A stretch of DNA of 64,000 bases from Planctomycetota bacterium (lineage in GTDB: Bacteria; Planctomycetota; UBA1135; UBA2386), in the NCBI GenBank assembly GCA_046290465.1, contig JBKAGP010000001.1:2688001-2752000 (forward strand), read 5' to 3'. Below the pieces are notes generated by a model that worked only from the letters and a program-made list of their open reading frames with translations, had not been told where the DNA came from and did no database searches. Below, piece by piece: positions 30,594 to 39,894 of the stretch. Position 1 is the stretch's first letter, and each line of letters opens with the position of its first letter. Made by a program: the position numbers and the translations under genes.

Positions 30594-33397
30594 GCAACGG
30601 CAACCAAAGGGACCGCCGCAATGGCCCGCGCAGCAGCCGCCGCGGCTTCCTGCGCCTCGGCGCGGCGCTCGCCGCCGGCTCGACGGTGGCCGCGTGCGCC
30701 GGCTCGCCGCAGGGGCGCGGCGGCAACCGCGACATGGTCTCCAAGGAGGAGAGCCTGCGCATCTGGGAGGAGGGCAAGGGTGTGCCGTACGAGATCGGCG
30801 ACCAGCACATGCCCGGTGTCTGCCAGCTGCCCGGCCCCAACCGCAAGGTTCGCTTCCCGGACCCGGACAAGTACAAGAACACCACCCAGGTGCACGGCAT
30901 GTGCCAGCTGTGCTCGACGGTGTGTGGCATCACCGGCCACGTCAAGGACGGCCGCATCCTCAAGGTCGACGGCAACCCCAACGACCCGAACTCGCGCGGC
31001 AAGCTGTGCGCGCGCGGCCAGGCGGCGCTCAACCACCAGTACCACCCCGAGCGGCTGCTCTACCCGCTGAAGCGGGTCGGCCCGCGCGGCAGCGGCCAGT
31101 GGCGACGGATCACCTGGGAGGAGGCCTACGACGAGCTCGCGACGCGGCTCAAGCAGGTCAAGGAGTCCGGCAAGCCCGAGGAGTTCGCGTTCCACCAGGG
31201 CCGCAACCGCAGCAAGGACGCCGTCAACCGCTTCCTGCGCGCGTTCGGCACCAACACCGCGCTCAACCACCGCGGCCTGTGCTCGGCGTCGCGCCGCGCG
31301 GCGGCGCTGACGTACCTGTTCGAGAGCGACTGGGACCTCGGCGACTACGAGCGCTCGAAGTACATCCTGAACTTCGGCTCGAACATGTTCGAGGCGCACC
31401 AGGGCCACGTCGCCGGCGCGCAGCGCATCCAGCGCGGCCGCTTCGAGAACGGCGCCAAGCTGGTGACGTTCGACGTGCGGATGTCGAACACGGCCGGCAA
31501 CTCGGACGAGTTCTACATGCCCGCGCCCGGCACCGACGGCGCCGTCGCGCTCGGCATGGCGCACACGATCATCAGCGAGAAGCTCTACGACGCCGAGTTC
31601 TTCGAGGACTGGGCCAACGTGCCGCTCGCGGAGCTCTGGGAGCAGATCAAGCAGTACACGCCCGAGTGGGCCGAGCAGACCTCGACGATTCCGGCGGACA
31701 CGATCCGTCGCATCGCGCGCGAGTTCGCGGCGGCAGCGCCGGCCGCGACCACGATGTGCAACCGCGGCTCGAGCGCGCACATCAACGGCTACACCAACGA
31801 CCGCTGCATCATCCTGCTCAACGTGCTGGTCGGCTCGGTCGGCAAGCCCGGCGGCCTGTGCTGGATGTGGACCGGCGGCTACGACAAGAAGCGGTTCCCC
31901 GAGCCGAAGATGCCGCCTTCGCCGAAGACGCCGTCGCTGCTCGCCGACCCGCCGGAGTTCGTGCTGTCGAACGTCTGGAACAAGATGAAGGTCGGCGAGA
32001 TCGTCTACCACTACCTGCAGCAGGACCGCGCGCACATCCAGTTGTACATGACGTACAACATCGACTCGCCGCTGACCTGGCCGGAGACCAAGACGACCAA
32101 GAACGTGCTGCTCGACGAGAGCAAGATCGCGTTCCATGTCTGCATCAACCCGTTCCTCAACGAGACGGCGTCGTTCGCGGACATGGTGCTGCCGTGGGCG
32201 ACCTACATGGAGCGTTGGGACGTCGACGCGCGCGGCGCCTACAACCTGAAGCCGTACCTGTCGATGCGCCGGCCGATGGTCGAGTCGCTCGGCGAGGCCA
32301 AGGACGTGCGCGAGATCTTCGCCGAGATCGCGCACCGCGTCGGTCCCGAGATGGCGCAGTGGTATCCGGAGAAGACCGACATCCGCGCCTACATGGCGAA
32401 GCACACCAAGAACGTTCCCTACGACGCGTCGAAGTACGACTCGCCGATGGCGTTCCTGGAGGCCGAGGGCGCCTACGAGGACCCCGAGCAGAAGCCGTAC
32501 TTCGCGCCCTACCTCGAGCCGCTGTCGGCGGCCGAGATGGACGGCAGCGAGACCGACCCCGAGACCGGCATCATCACCAAGGACGGCAAGGGCATCGGCA
32601 TCCTGCACAAGGGCAAGCCGGTGCGCGGCTTCAAGACGCCGTCGCGCAAGCTCGAGGTCAAGTCGGACTTCGTGCCGATGCTCGGCCGCAACGAGGACGT
32701 CAGCAAGCTCGCGGCGCTGGCCAACAGCAAGGGCAAGAACCGCCCGTCGTACCACAAGGGCCACGAGTACGACCTGCCGGCGTGGCCGACCTGGACCCAG
32801 GTCGAGGAGCACGTCGGCATGGCCGACGACGAACTGGTGATGACGTCGTTCAAGTGGAACGTGCACAACCACGGCCGCACCGCCAACCTCAAGTGGTGCT
32901 CCGAGATCGTGCACAGCAACCCGGCGTGGCTGCACCCCGAGACGGCGGCGAAGTTCGGCGTCAAGGACGGCGACTTCGTGCGGCTGAAGGCCTGGCGCAG
33001 CAAGCACATCGACAACATGGCGCCGAAGCTCGGGCTCGGGCAGGGCACGGTCGACGGCGAGCTCGAACTGCCGGTCTACGTCACCAGAGCCGTGCACCCG
33101 CGCGCCATCGCCATCAGCAACTCGCTCGGCCACTTCGCCTACACGTCGGTGGCGCAAGCCAAGCGCAACCGCGACCTCGGCGACGAGGCCAACGGCTACG
33201 AGAACGTCGCGATGCGCGACGCCGACTGGGAGCGCAACATGTGGTGGGAGGACCAGAGCGGCGGCGACCCCGAGAAGTGGGTGCAGAACACCGGCAACGG
33301 CTGGGCCCAGAACAACGTGCTGCCGATCGCGCCGGACCCGATCTCCGGCCAGCAGGCGTTCAACAGCACCGTCGTGAAGGTGACCAAGGTCACGTGA
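30590..33397 (+). CDS. Mo/W-bisPGD (DMSO reductase family) catalytic subunit, Psr/Arr/Ttr-like
   Basis: SRRGFL Tat signal plus VAAC lipobox; CQLCSTVC...C FS0 motif; HRGLC putative Mo-ligand Cys; C-terminal MGD-binding domain (LHPETA). Confidence 0.92.
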   Translation: MSNGNQRDRRNGPRSSRRGFLRLGAALAAGSTVAACAGSPQGRGGNRDMVSKEESLRIWEEGKGVPYEIGDQHMPGVCQLPGPNRKVRFPDPDKYKNTTQVHGMCQLCSTVCGITGHVKDGRILKVDGNPNDPNSRGKLCARGQAALNHQYHPERLLYPLKRVGPRGSGQWRRITWEEAYDELATRLKQVKESGKPEEFAFHQGRNRSKDAVNRFLRAFGTNTALNHRGLCSASRRAAALTYLFESDWDLGDYERSKYILNFGSNMFEAHQGHVAGAQRIQRGRFENGAKLVTFDVRMSNTAGNSDEFYMPAPGTDGAVALGMAHTIISEKLYDAEFFEDWANVPLAELWEQIKQYTPEWAEQTSTIPADTIRRIAREFAAAAPAATTMCNRGSSAHINGYTNDRCIILLNVLVGSVGKPGGLCWMWTGGYDKKRFPEPKMPPSPKTPSLLADPPEFVLSNVWNKMKVGEIVYHYLQQDRAHIQLYMTYNIDSPLTWPETKTTKNVLLDESKIAFHVCINPFLNETASFADMVLPWATYMERWDVDARGAYNLKPYLSMRRPMVESLGEAKDVREIFAEIAHRVGPEMAQWYPEKTDIRAYMAKHTKNVPYDASKYDSPMAFLEAEGAYEDPEQKPYFAPYLEPLSAAEMDGSETDPETGIITKDGKGIGILHKGKPVRGFKTPSRKLEVKSDFVPMLGRNEDVSKLAALANSKGKNRPSYHKGHEYDLPAWPTWTQVEEHVGMADDELVMTSFKWNVHNHGRTANLKWCSEIVHSNPAWLHPETAAKFGVKDGDFVRLKAWRSKHIDNMAPKLGLGQGTVDGELELPVYVTRAVHPRAIAISNSLGHFAYTSVAQAKRNRDLGDEANGYENVAMRDADWERNMWWEDQSGGDPEKWVQNTGNGWAQNNVLPIAPDPISGQQAFNSTVVKVTKVT

Positions 33398-33930
33398 GCG
33401 AGCACGCAGAGACCGACCACCTCAGCGCCGCCGCCCGCCTGTTCGGGCGGCTGCTGCTGCGCGAGCTCGACGAGCCGACGCTCGCCGAGCTGCGCCAGGA
33501 CGACGTGCGCGCCGCGCTCGCGGACCTCGACGTCACGGTCCCGCGCGACGACCAGCTGCCGGCCCTCGGCCAGCGATTCTTCGAGCTGTTCCTGCACCCG
33601 CAAGGCGCCGTGCCGCCGGTGCAGTCGCTGTGGCGCGACGGCCAGTACGACGGCGACCCGGCGGCCGGCGTGCGCCGCATCGCCGACGCCGCCAACCTGC
33701 AGCTTGCCGACGCAGCGCGCGGCGCCGCCCCCGACCACCTCGGCTGCATCCTGCTGCTGTGGGCCGAGCTGCGCGAGCCGCGCCCGGAACTCGCCGAACT
33801 GCTGCGCGAGCACCACCTGGCCTGGGCCGAACTGGCCCTGCAACACACCCTGGCGGACGACGGCTTCTACGGCGCCGTCTGCCGCGCCTGCGTGTCGCTG
33901 GTGCGCGCACTGCGCGCCGGCGACGACTGA
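33394..33930 (+). CDS. TorD/DmsD family maturation chaperone
   Basis: GTG overlaps upstream TGA; LF..P...PP.QS.W, PDHLG, HHLAW, GFY motifs. Confidence 0.88.
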   Translation: MSEHAETDHLSAAARLFGRLLLRELDEPTLAELRQDDVRAALADLDVTVPRDDQLPALGQRFFELFLHPQGAVPPVQSLWRDGQYDGDPAAGVRRIADAANLQLADAARGAAPDHLGCILLLWAELREPRPELAELLREHHLAWAELALQHTLADDGFYGAVCRACVSLVRALRAGDD

Positions 33931-33985
33931 AGCCCCTCTCTACCTCTCCATCCCCTCTTTCCGTTCCCCCTCGCTACCAACGACC

Positions 33986-35341
33986 GTGAACCGTACCAAG
34001 TCCTCCGCCGTGCAGCTGCTCGCTGGCGCAGCCGCCTTCGTCACGCTCTCCTCGACGCCGCTGCTGGCGCAAGACCCGCCGAAGAAGGAACCGATCCGCC
34101 TCGACAACTGGATCGGTGGCCCGAGCTGGATCAAGTTCAGCGGCCAGCACCGCACCCGCTTCGAGTCGCTCAACGGCCAGTTCCGCAGCAGCGCGCTGCG
34201 CAACACCGAGGACCAGCTGTTCAACCGCAGCATCCTGCGCGCCGACATCGACACCGACAGCATCGACGCGGTGCTCGAGGGCATGGACGCCCGCGCGTTC
34301 GGCACCAAGGCCGACTCGTTCGCCAACACGACGACCGTCAACACCTTCGACGTGCTGCAGGCCAACGTGGTCTTCCCGGTCGGCGACGGCCACCTGACCG
34401 TCGGTCGCTACACGATGGACATCGGTAGCCGCCGCCTGAGCGCGCGCAACAAGTACCGCAACACGATCAACTCGTTCAACGGCTTCCGTTACGACAAGAC
34501 CGACGAGGACGGCAACAAGCTGCGCGTGTTCTGGAACATGCCGACCATTCGCCGCCCGAGCGCGCGCATGGAGCTGGTCGACAACGAGCACGACTGGGAC
34601 CGCCAGTCGTCCGACCTGCAGTTCTACGGCGTGCACGCGACCCGCGTGCTCAGCGAGGACTCGCACGGCGAGATGTACCTGCTCGGCCTCAACGACAACC
34701 GCGACGGCAGCGCCGACCGCGACCTGCTGACCACCGGCGTGCGCTTCCTGCAACAGAAGAAGCCCGGCCAGTTCTTCGGCGAGGCCGAGGCGGCGTTCCA
34801 GTTCGGCGAACGCAACAACGAGGACGTGTCGGCCTGGTTCGCGCACGGCTCGGTCGGCTACGTCGGCGAAGGTGAGTGCCGTCCGACGTTCCGCCTCGCC
34901 TACGACCACGCGACCGGCGACAGCAGCAGCACGGACGGCGACTACAACCGCTTCGACACGCTGTTCGGTGCCCGCCGCTTCGAGTACGGCCCGACCGGCA
35001 TCTACGGCGCGATCGGCCGACGCAACATCAGCTCGCCCGAGATCCGCTTCGACTTCAAGCCGTCCGCGACGACCTGGGTGATGGTCGCCTACCGCCACCT
35101 GATGCTGGCTTCGGACAACGACGCCTGGGTCGAGGCGGGCCTCTCGGATCCGACCGGCGCCGCCGGCACCACCGTCGGCAGCCAGATCGAGTGCCGCCTG
35201 CGCTGGGAGCCGTGCAAGAAGCAGGTCCGCATCGAAGGCGGCGGCGCCTACTTCGCCGGCGGCAGCTTCCGCGACGCGACCCAGCCGGTCGGTGGCGGCG
35301 ACACCCGCTACGGCTTCCTGGAAGTCATCTTCTGGTTCTGA
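33986..35341 (+). CDS. alginate-export (AlgE-like) family outer-membrane beta-barrel 1
   Basis: Signal peptide, R.R.E, GRxxxxxGSRRL..RN.YRNTINSF, F..LFG, terminal aromatic-x-Phe (FWF). Confidence 0.85.
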   Translation: MNRTKSSAVQLLAGAAAFVTLSSTPLLAQDPPKKEPIRLDNWIGGPSWIKFSGQHRTRFESLNGQFRSSALRNTEDQLFNRSILRADIDTDSIDAVLEGMDARAFGTKADSFANTTTVNTFDVLQANVVFPVGDGHLTVGRYTMDIGSRRLSARNKYRNTINSFNGFRYDKTDEDGNKLRVFWNMPTIRRPSARMELVDNEHDWDRQSSDLQFYGVHATRVLSEDSHGEMYLLGLNDNRDGSADRDLLTTGVRFLQQKKPGQFFGEAEAAFQFGERNNEDVSAWFAHGSVGYVGEGECRPTFRLAYDHATGDSSSTDGDYNRFDTLFGARRFEYGPTGIYGAIGRRNISSPEIRFDFKPSATTWVMVAYRHLMLASDNDAWVEAGLSDPTGAAGTTVGSQIECRLRWEPCKKQVRIEGGGAYFAGGSFRDATQPVGGGDTRYGFLEVIFWF

Positions 35342-35348
35342 TCGCGAC

Positions 35349-35372
35349 GGATCCGCGCCGATGCGCGGATCC
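35349..35372. terminator. GC-rich hairpin after porin 1
   Basis: GGATCCGCGC-CGAT-GCGCGGATCC perfect 10-bp stem; no U-tract. Confidence 0.45.
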
Positions 35373-35410
35373 CGGCGCGCTCAGGACCTGGCCCGCAGCC
35401 TGCGGCTGCG

Positions 35411-35448
35411 CGCGGCGGTTCTGGGATCGCGGCGATTCTGGGATCGCG
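35411..35448. repeat. 17-bp direct repeat x2
   Basis: CGCGGCG(G/A)TTCTGGGAT at 35411 and 35428. Confidence 0.75.
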
Positions 35449-35598
35449 ATCGGCGGCGAACGGAGCCCCGCTCCACCCGACGCACCGACGAGTGCGCAAG
35501 ACCTCGCGACATTGTGCGCGGGTCGGTGGGGTCTTCGCGCTACGTTCGCATGCACCTCGCGCCTCACACGCGCGAGGTCCAGGAACCCGACGCCCTCC

Positions 35599-36984
35599 AT
35601 GAAGACCGCCACGCTTCGTGCGGCTGCGAGCATGCTCGCGGTGCTCGCCAGCCCCCTCTCGATCCAGGCCCAGCAGCAGGGCCGCGATCCCAAGCCCTGG
35701 CGCCTCGACGAGGCCGTCGGCACGCCGGACTGGGTCCGGCTGAGCGGCCGCCACCGCACCCGCTTCGAGTCGCTCAACAAGCAGTTCCGCGCGGGCAACC
35801 GGCCGGTCGCCGAGGACCAGTGGTTCACGCGGACCAGCGTGCGCGCCGACTTCGACTTCGGCACGTTGGGCGGCACGGCCGAGCTGATGGACTCGCGCGC
35901 GTGGGGCGACAACCCCAACCGCCAGGCGAGCACGAGCTTCAGCAACGTCACCGACTTCGTCGAACTCAACGCGATCTACGACTTCGGCGCGCCCGAGGGC
36001 CACACCAGCCGGCTGCTCGCCGGCCGCTACACGATGTCGCTCGGCAGCCGCCGCTTCGTGATCCGCAACGGCTTCCGCAACACGGTCAACACGTTCGACG
36101 GCGTCGACTACCTGTGGCAGGACGACCAGGGCCAGCAGCTGCGGCTGTTCTGGACCATGCCGGTCCGCCGCCGCCCGTTCGACGCGCCGTCGCTGCGCGA
36201 CAACGACTTCGAGTGGGACGACCAGGACAAGGACCTGCAGTTCTTCGGCGTGTTCGGCGCGCGCAACCTCGACGAGCACTCCCAGCTCGAGGGCTACGTC
36301 TTCGGCCTGCACGAGGACGCGACCGACTCGCGCAACCGCCGCCTGATCACCCCCGGCGTGCGCATCCACCGACCGGCGAGGAAGGGCGCGTTCTTCGGCC
36401 AGGCCGAGGCGGCGTTCCAGTTCGGCGATTCGCAGGCGAGCAGCGGCACTTCGCCGACGCTCGACCACAGCGCGTGGTTCGGCCACGCCTCGCTCGGCTA
36501 TCGCTTCGACTGCGCCTGCGACTTCACCGTGCGCGTCGCCTACGACTACGCGACCGGCGACCGCGACCCGAGCGACGGCGAGAACAACCGCTTCGACCGG
36601 CTGTATGGCGCGCCGCGCTTCGAATACACGCCGACCGGCCTGTGGGGCGCGATCCAGCGCAGCAACTTCAAGACGCCGGAGCTGCGCGTGTCGTTCCGGC
36701 CGACGCGGCTCTCGTGGATCATGCTCGCCTATCGCAACCTCGAACTGGCGTCCGCGACCGACCAGTGGATCGCCTCGGGCGTGCGCGATGCGACCGGCGC
36801 GTCCGGGGACAACGTCGGCCAGCAGATCGAGCTGCGCGCGCGGTACGACTTCTTGCCGAACAACATGTTCCTCGAGGTCGGCGGCGTCTACTTCGTCAGC
36901 GGCAGCTTCCTCGAGCGCGCCCCGAACTCGCCGGGGGGAGCGGATCGCAAGTACGGGTTCGTCGAGATGCGCTGGACGTTCTGA
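35599..36984 (+). CDS. alginate-export (AlgE-like) family outer-membrane beta-barrel 2 (paralog)
   Basis: Signal peptide; shares SGxHRTRFESLN, FWxMP, AEAAFQFG, YD.ATGD with porin 1; ends WTF. Confidence 0.85.
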   Translation: MKTATLRAAASMLAVLASPLSIQAQQQGRDPKPWRLDEAVGTPDWVRLSGRHRTRFESLNKQFRAGNRPVAEDQWFTRTSVRADFDFGTLGGTAELMDSRAWGDNPNRQASTSFSNVTDFVELNAIYDFGAPEGHTSRLLAGRYTMSLGSRRFVIRNGFRNTVNTFDGVDYLWQDDQGQQLRLFWTMPVRRRPFDAPSLRDNDFEWDDQDKDLQFFGVFGARNLDEHSQLEGYVFGLHEDATDSRNRRLITPGVRIHRPARKGAFFGQAEAAFQFGDSQASSGTSPTLDHSAWFGHASLGYRFDCACDFTVRVAYDYATGDRDPSDGENNRFDRLYGAPRFEYTPTGLWGAIQRSNFKTPELRVSFRPTRLSWIMLAYRNLELASATDQWIASGVRDATGASGDNVGQQIELRARYDFLPNNMFLEVGGVYFVSGSFLERAPNSPGGADRKYGFVEMRWTF

Positions 36985-36996
36985 GTCCGGCCAGCG

Positions 36997-37335
36997 CTAC
37001 AGCCAGCTGTCGAGCTTGTCGGCCACGACGTCGGCGCTCTGCATGCCGACCAGGCGATCGACCGGCTGGCCGTCCCTGAACACGATCAGGGTCGGGATCG
37101 AGCTGACCCCGAGCTGGCCGGCAAGCTCCTGGTTCTGGTCGATGTCGAGCTTGCCGATGGTCGCCTTGCCCTGGTAGCGCCTGGCAACGGCGTCCACGGT
37201 CGGGGCCAGCGCGCGGCAGGGGCCGCACCAATCGGCGTAGAAGTCGACGAGCGTCACGCCGCCGGCCTGCAGCTGCTGCTGCAGCGACTGGCGATCGAAC
37301 GTGACGGCGGCGGGAAGGTTCTGCGTGTTGGTCAT
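36997..37335 (-). CDS. trxA: thioredoxin
   Basis: DFYADWCGPC, SIPTL; GAGG RBS. Confidence 0.93.
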   Translation of the reverse strand: MTNTQNLPAAVTFDRQSLQQQLQAGGVTLVDFYADWCGPCRALAPTVDAVARRYQGKATIGKLDIDQNQELAGQLGVSSIPTLIVFRDGQPVDRLVGMQSADVVADKLDSWL

Positions 37336-37383
37336 CTGTCGTTTCCTCGGTCGGGCGAGCAGGAGGCGCTCGCACGCCGGTTG

Positions 37384-37410
37384 GATGCCGGCCGGCCGAC
37401 CGATGTGACA
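37384..37410 (-). promoter_or_regulatory. putative ECF-type promoter upstream of thioredoxin
   Basis: Minus strand TGTCACA-N16-CATC, resembling the TGTCACA-N16-CGTC ECF promoter type. Confidence 0.5.
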
Positions 37411-37427
37411 GCGTGACGCAAGAAAAC

Positions 37428-37736
37428 TCAGCCGCGGGCCGAGCCGCCGCCCCCACCGGCCTTGCGCGCCTTCAGGATCGCGTCGACCAGCTCCTGCGGC
37501 AGCGGCCGTTCCTGCTCGCTGCGCAGCCGTTCTCCACCATCGCGGCACAGTTCGGCAGCCTGCTTGTAGTTCTCGACGTAGTCCTCGCACGCCGGACAGA
37601 ACGCGACGTGCGACTCGAACTGGAACCGCTGCTCGGCGGGGAGGCGGCCGTCGACGTAGTCGAGCAGGAACTCGACGCACTCCTCACAGCGCACCCTGGC
37701 AGCAGCCTCGGGACACGGATCACGGTCGTTGCTCAT
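37428..37736 (-). CDS. zinc-finger (ZAS, zf-HC2) anti-sigma factor
   Basis: CEEC...YVDG.L...HVAFCPAC (HxxxCxxC); overlaps sigma stop. Confidence 0.88.
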   Translation of the reverse strand: MSNDRDPCPEAAARVRCEECVEFLLDYVDGRLPAEQRFQFESHVAFCPACEDYVENYKQAAELCRDGGERLRSEQERPLPQELVDAILKARKAGGGGGSARG

Positions 37737-38356
37737 GTCGGATGGTCCTCCATCACCGGGCGCAGCAGACGGGTCAGGGCCTGGCGGCCACGATGCAGAC
37801 GCTGGCGCACGGTATCGTCGCGGACACCGAGTTGCGTCGCGACGTCCTTGGACTCCATGCCCTCGAGATCGCGCATCACCACCACCTCGCGGTAGCCGTC
37901 GGGCAGCTGCTCGAGCGCGCCCCAGAGCGCGTCGTGGCGCTCCCGCCGCACCGCCTCGGCGCTGGCGTCCTCGGCGAGCGGCTGCCAGCGGGGCATGGTC
38001 TGCTCGTGGTGGCCGTCGACGAACGTCGGCAACAGCGCGTCGATGTCGCGCATCGGCTGCGATCGCCGCGCCCGTAGCCGCATCAGCGCCGTGTTGACGA
38101 CGATACGATGCAGCCAGGTCGACAGTCGCGACCTGCCGTCGAAGTCCGCCAGCTTGCCGAACGCCGAGACGAACGCCTCCTGCAGCACGTCCTCGGCGTC
38201 GCTGTCGTCGCGGGTGATCCGGCGCGCGACCGCCAGCAGCCGGCCACCGTGGGCCTCGACCAGTTCGCGGAAGGCGTCGTCGTCACCGGACCGCAACCGC
38301 GCGAGCAGGTGCTGCTCGTCCAAAGGAACGGCCTGGGTGCGGGGCGAACGGTCCAT
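37733..38356 (-). CDS. ECF sigma-70 factor
   Basis: AEDVLQEAF, STWLHRIVVN, LP..YR.V..RD.EG, VRQRLHRGR. Confidence 0.93.
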   Translation of the reverse strand: MDRSPRTQAVPLDEQHLLARLRSGDDDAFRELVEAHGGRLLAVARRITRDDSDAEDVLQEAFVSAFGKLADFDGRSRLSTWLHRIVVNTALMRLRARRSQPMRDIDALLPTFVDGHHEQTMPRWQPLAEDASAEAVRRERHDALWGALEQLPDGYREVVVMRDLEGMESKDVATQLGVRDDTVRQRLHRGRQALTRLLRPVMEDHPT

Positions 38357-38371
38357 CGGCAGCCTTCTGGG

Positions 38372-39043
38372 TCACGTCGCCATCGCAATCCAGATGGTGC
38401 GCCGCGGCCCCTTGGTGCGGCGCGCCTTGACGTGGTGGATGCGCACCTGGAACCGCCCCTTGCGCAGGCGGGCGTCGAACGCGCCGTCGTCGGCGGCCGA
38501 CCAGACGCCGAGCACGCCCCCCTGCTTGAGCGACGCGCGCAGTAGCCGCAGGCCGGGCTTGCCGTAGAGGCTGTCGTTCTTGGGCCGCGACAGGCCTTCG
38601 GGGCCGTTGTCGACGTCGAGCAGCACGATGTCGTAGGCGTTCTCGTTCTGCTCGAGCACCTCGCGAACGTCGCCGACGATCAGGTTGGTGCGCGGGTCGT
38701 CGAGCGGCTTGCCGGCGCAATGGCCGAACAGGTCGCGATTCCAGGTGACGATCTCGGGCACCAGTTCGGCGACGTCGACGACCGCGCGCTCGGGCAGCAG
38801 CGCCAGCGTGCGGGCCAGCGTGAAGCCCATGCCGAGGCCACCGATCAGGACGCGCGGCGCCTTGCGCGGCCCGAGCCGTTCGACCGCGAACTCGGCCAGC
38901 ATCTCCTCCGAGCCGTAGACCCGGGTGCTCATCAGTTCGGTGTGGTCGACCCACACCTCATCGGCGCCATCGTGATGAAAACAACGCAGCTCGCCGGTGT
39001 GTCCGGGGATCTCGGCGGTGGCGATCAGGTCGCGGGGCTTCAC
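38372..39043 (-). CDS. spermidine-synthase-like SAM-dependent methyltransferase
   Basis: LMS...SE..LA, IGGLGMGFT, LLDVDNGP, VWS. Confidence 0.82.
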   Translation of the reverse strand: MKPRDLIATAEIPGHTGELRCFHHDGADEVWVDHTELMSTRVYGSEEMLAEFAVERLGPRKAPRVLIGGLGMGFTLARTLALLPERAVVDVAELVPEIVTWNRDLFGHCAGKPLDDPRTNLIVGDVREVLEQNENAYDIVLLDVDNGPEGLSRPKNDSLYGKPGLRLLRASLKQGGVLGVWSAADDGAFDARLRKGRFQVRIHHVKARRTKGPRRTIWIAMAT

Positions 39044-39151
39044 GCGAACCAGTATGCCAACGGTCCGGCCGCGCGTCCTCATCCGAGATGGCCGGCGCTG
39101 CGTCGAAACATCGCCGCGGCGAGCCCGTATGATGCGCGACACGGAGACCCC

Positions 39152-39892
39152 ATGTTCCTGCTCGATCTGCTGCGCAAACGAAGTCGCGAAGGCGACCATC
39201 ACAAGGACCAGGTGCACTACCTGACGACGCTACGGGGCGTCATCGGCATGCTGCGCAACCCCGAGGGCACCGAGTCGGTGTTCGACATCGAGGACGGCCT
39301 CAAGGACATCCGCGCCGCCGACGGCGTGGTGACCCGGGTCAGCCAGGATCCGGAGGTCGTCGCGATGATGAGCGAGCGCTACCTGGCCGAGCCGGTGGAC
39401 CTCGACGAGCTGGAGCGACTGCCCGACGGCAGCCTCGGCAACGCGTTCGCCCGGCACATCATCGACCACGGCTTCGACCCCGACTACTACCGCAAGCTCG
39501 ACGTCGAGACCGACCTGGACTGGGTGATGATGCGGATGCGGCAGACGCACGACATCTGGCACGTGGTGACCGGCATCGGCACCAGCCGCCTCGGCGAGAT
39601 GGCGGTCAAGGCGTTCGAACTGGCGCAGACCTGGCGACCGCTCGCGGCGGTGATCACCTGCGGCGGCATGATGCGCTACCTGATGAAGGACCCCGACCAG
39701 CTCGGCGACGCGATGACGAACATCAGCCACGGCTACCAGCTCGGGCGGTTGGCGAAGCCGTTCCTGGCGCAGAAGTGGGAGCTCGGCTGGGAGCGTTCGC
39801 TGGCCGACTGGCGCATCGCCGTGAACCTGCCCGCGGACGTGCCAGCGGCCGGGCAGTGGCAACCGCCGTGCATGCCGGCGGAGAACGCGTGA
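39152..39892 (+). CDS. Coq4 family protein
   Basis: L..LP.GSLG, HDIWHVVTG.......GE metal motif. Confidence 0.82.
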   Translation: MFLLDLLRKRSREGDHHKDQVHYLTTLRGVIGMLRNPEGTESVFDIEDGLKDIRAADGVVTRVSQDPEVVAMMSERYLAEPVDLDELERLPDGSLGNAFARHIIDHGFDPDYYRKLDVETDLDWVMMRMRQTHDIWHVVTGIGTSRLGEMAVKAFELAQTWRPLAAVITCGGMMRYLMKDPDQLGDAMTNISHGYQLGRLAKPFLAQKWELGWERSLADWRIAVNLPADVPAAGQWQPPCMPAENA

Positions 39893-39894
39893 GC

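Noticed and set aside
30590..33397. Specific assignment as arrA, psrA, ttrA or nitrate reductase, or a Sec-containing enzyme
   Set aside because: Active-site motifs do not clearly match any one clade by eye and there is no in-frame UGA; phylogeny is needed.
33986..36984. Alginate biosynthesis locus
   Set aside because: No alg synthesis genes; the family name reflects the barrel fold only.
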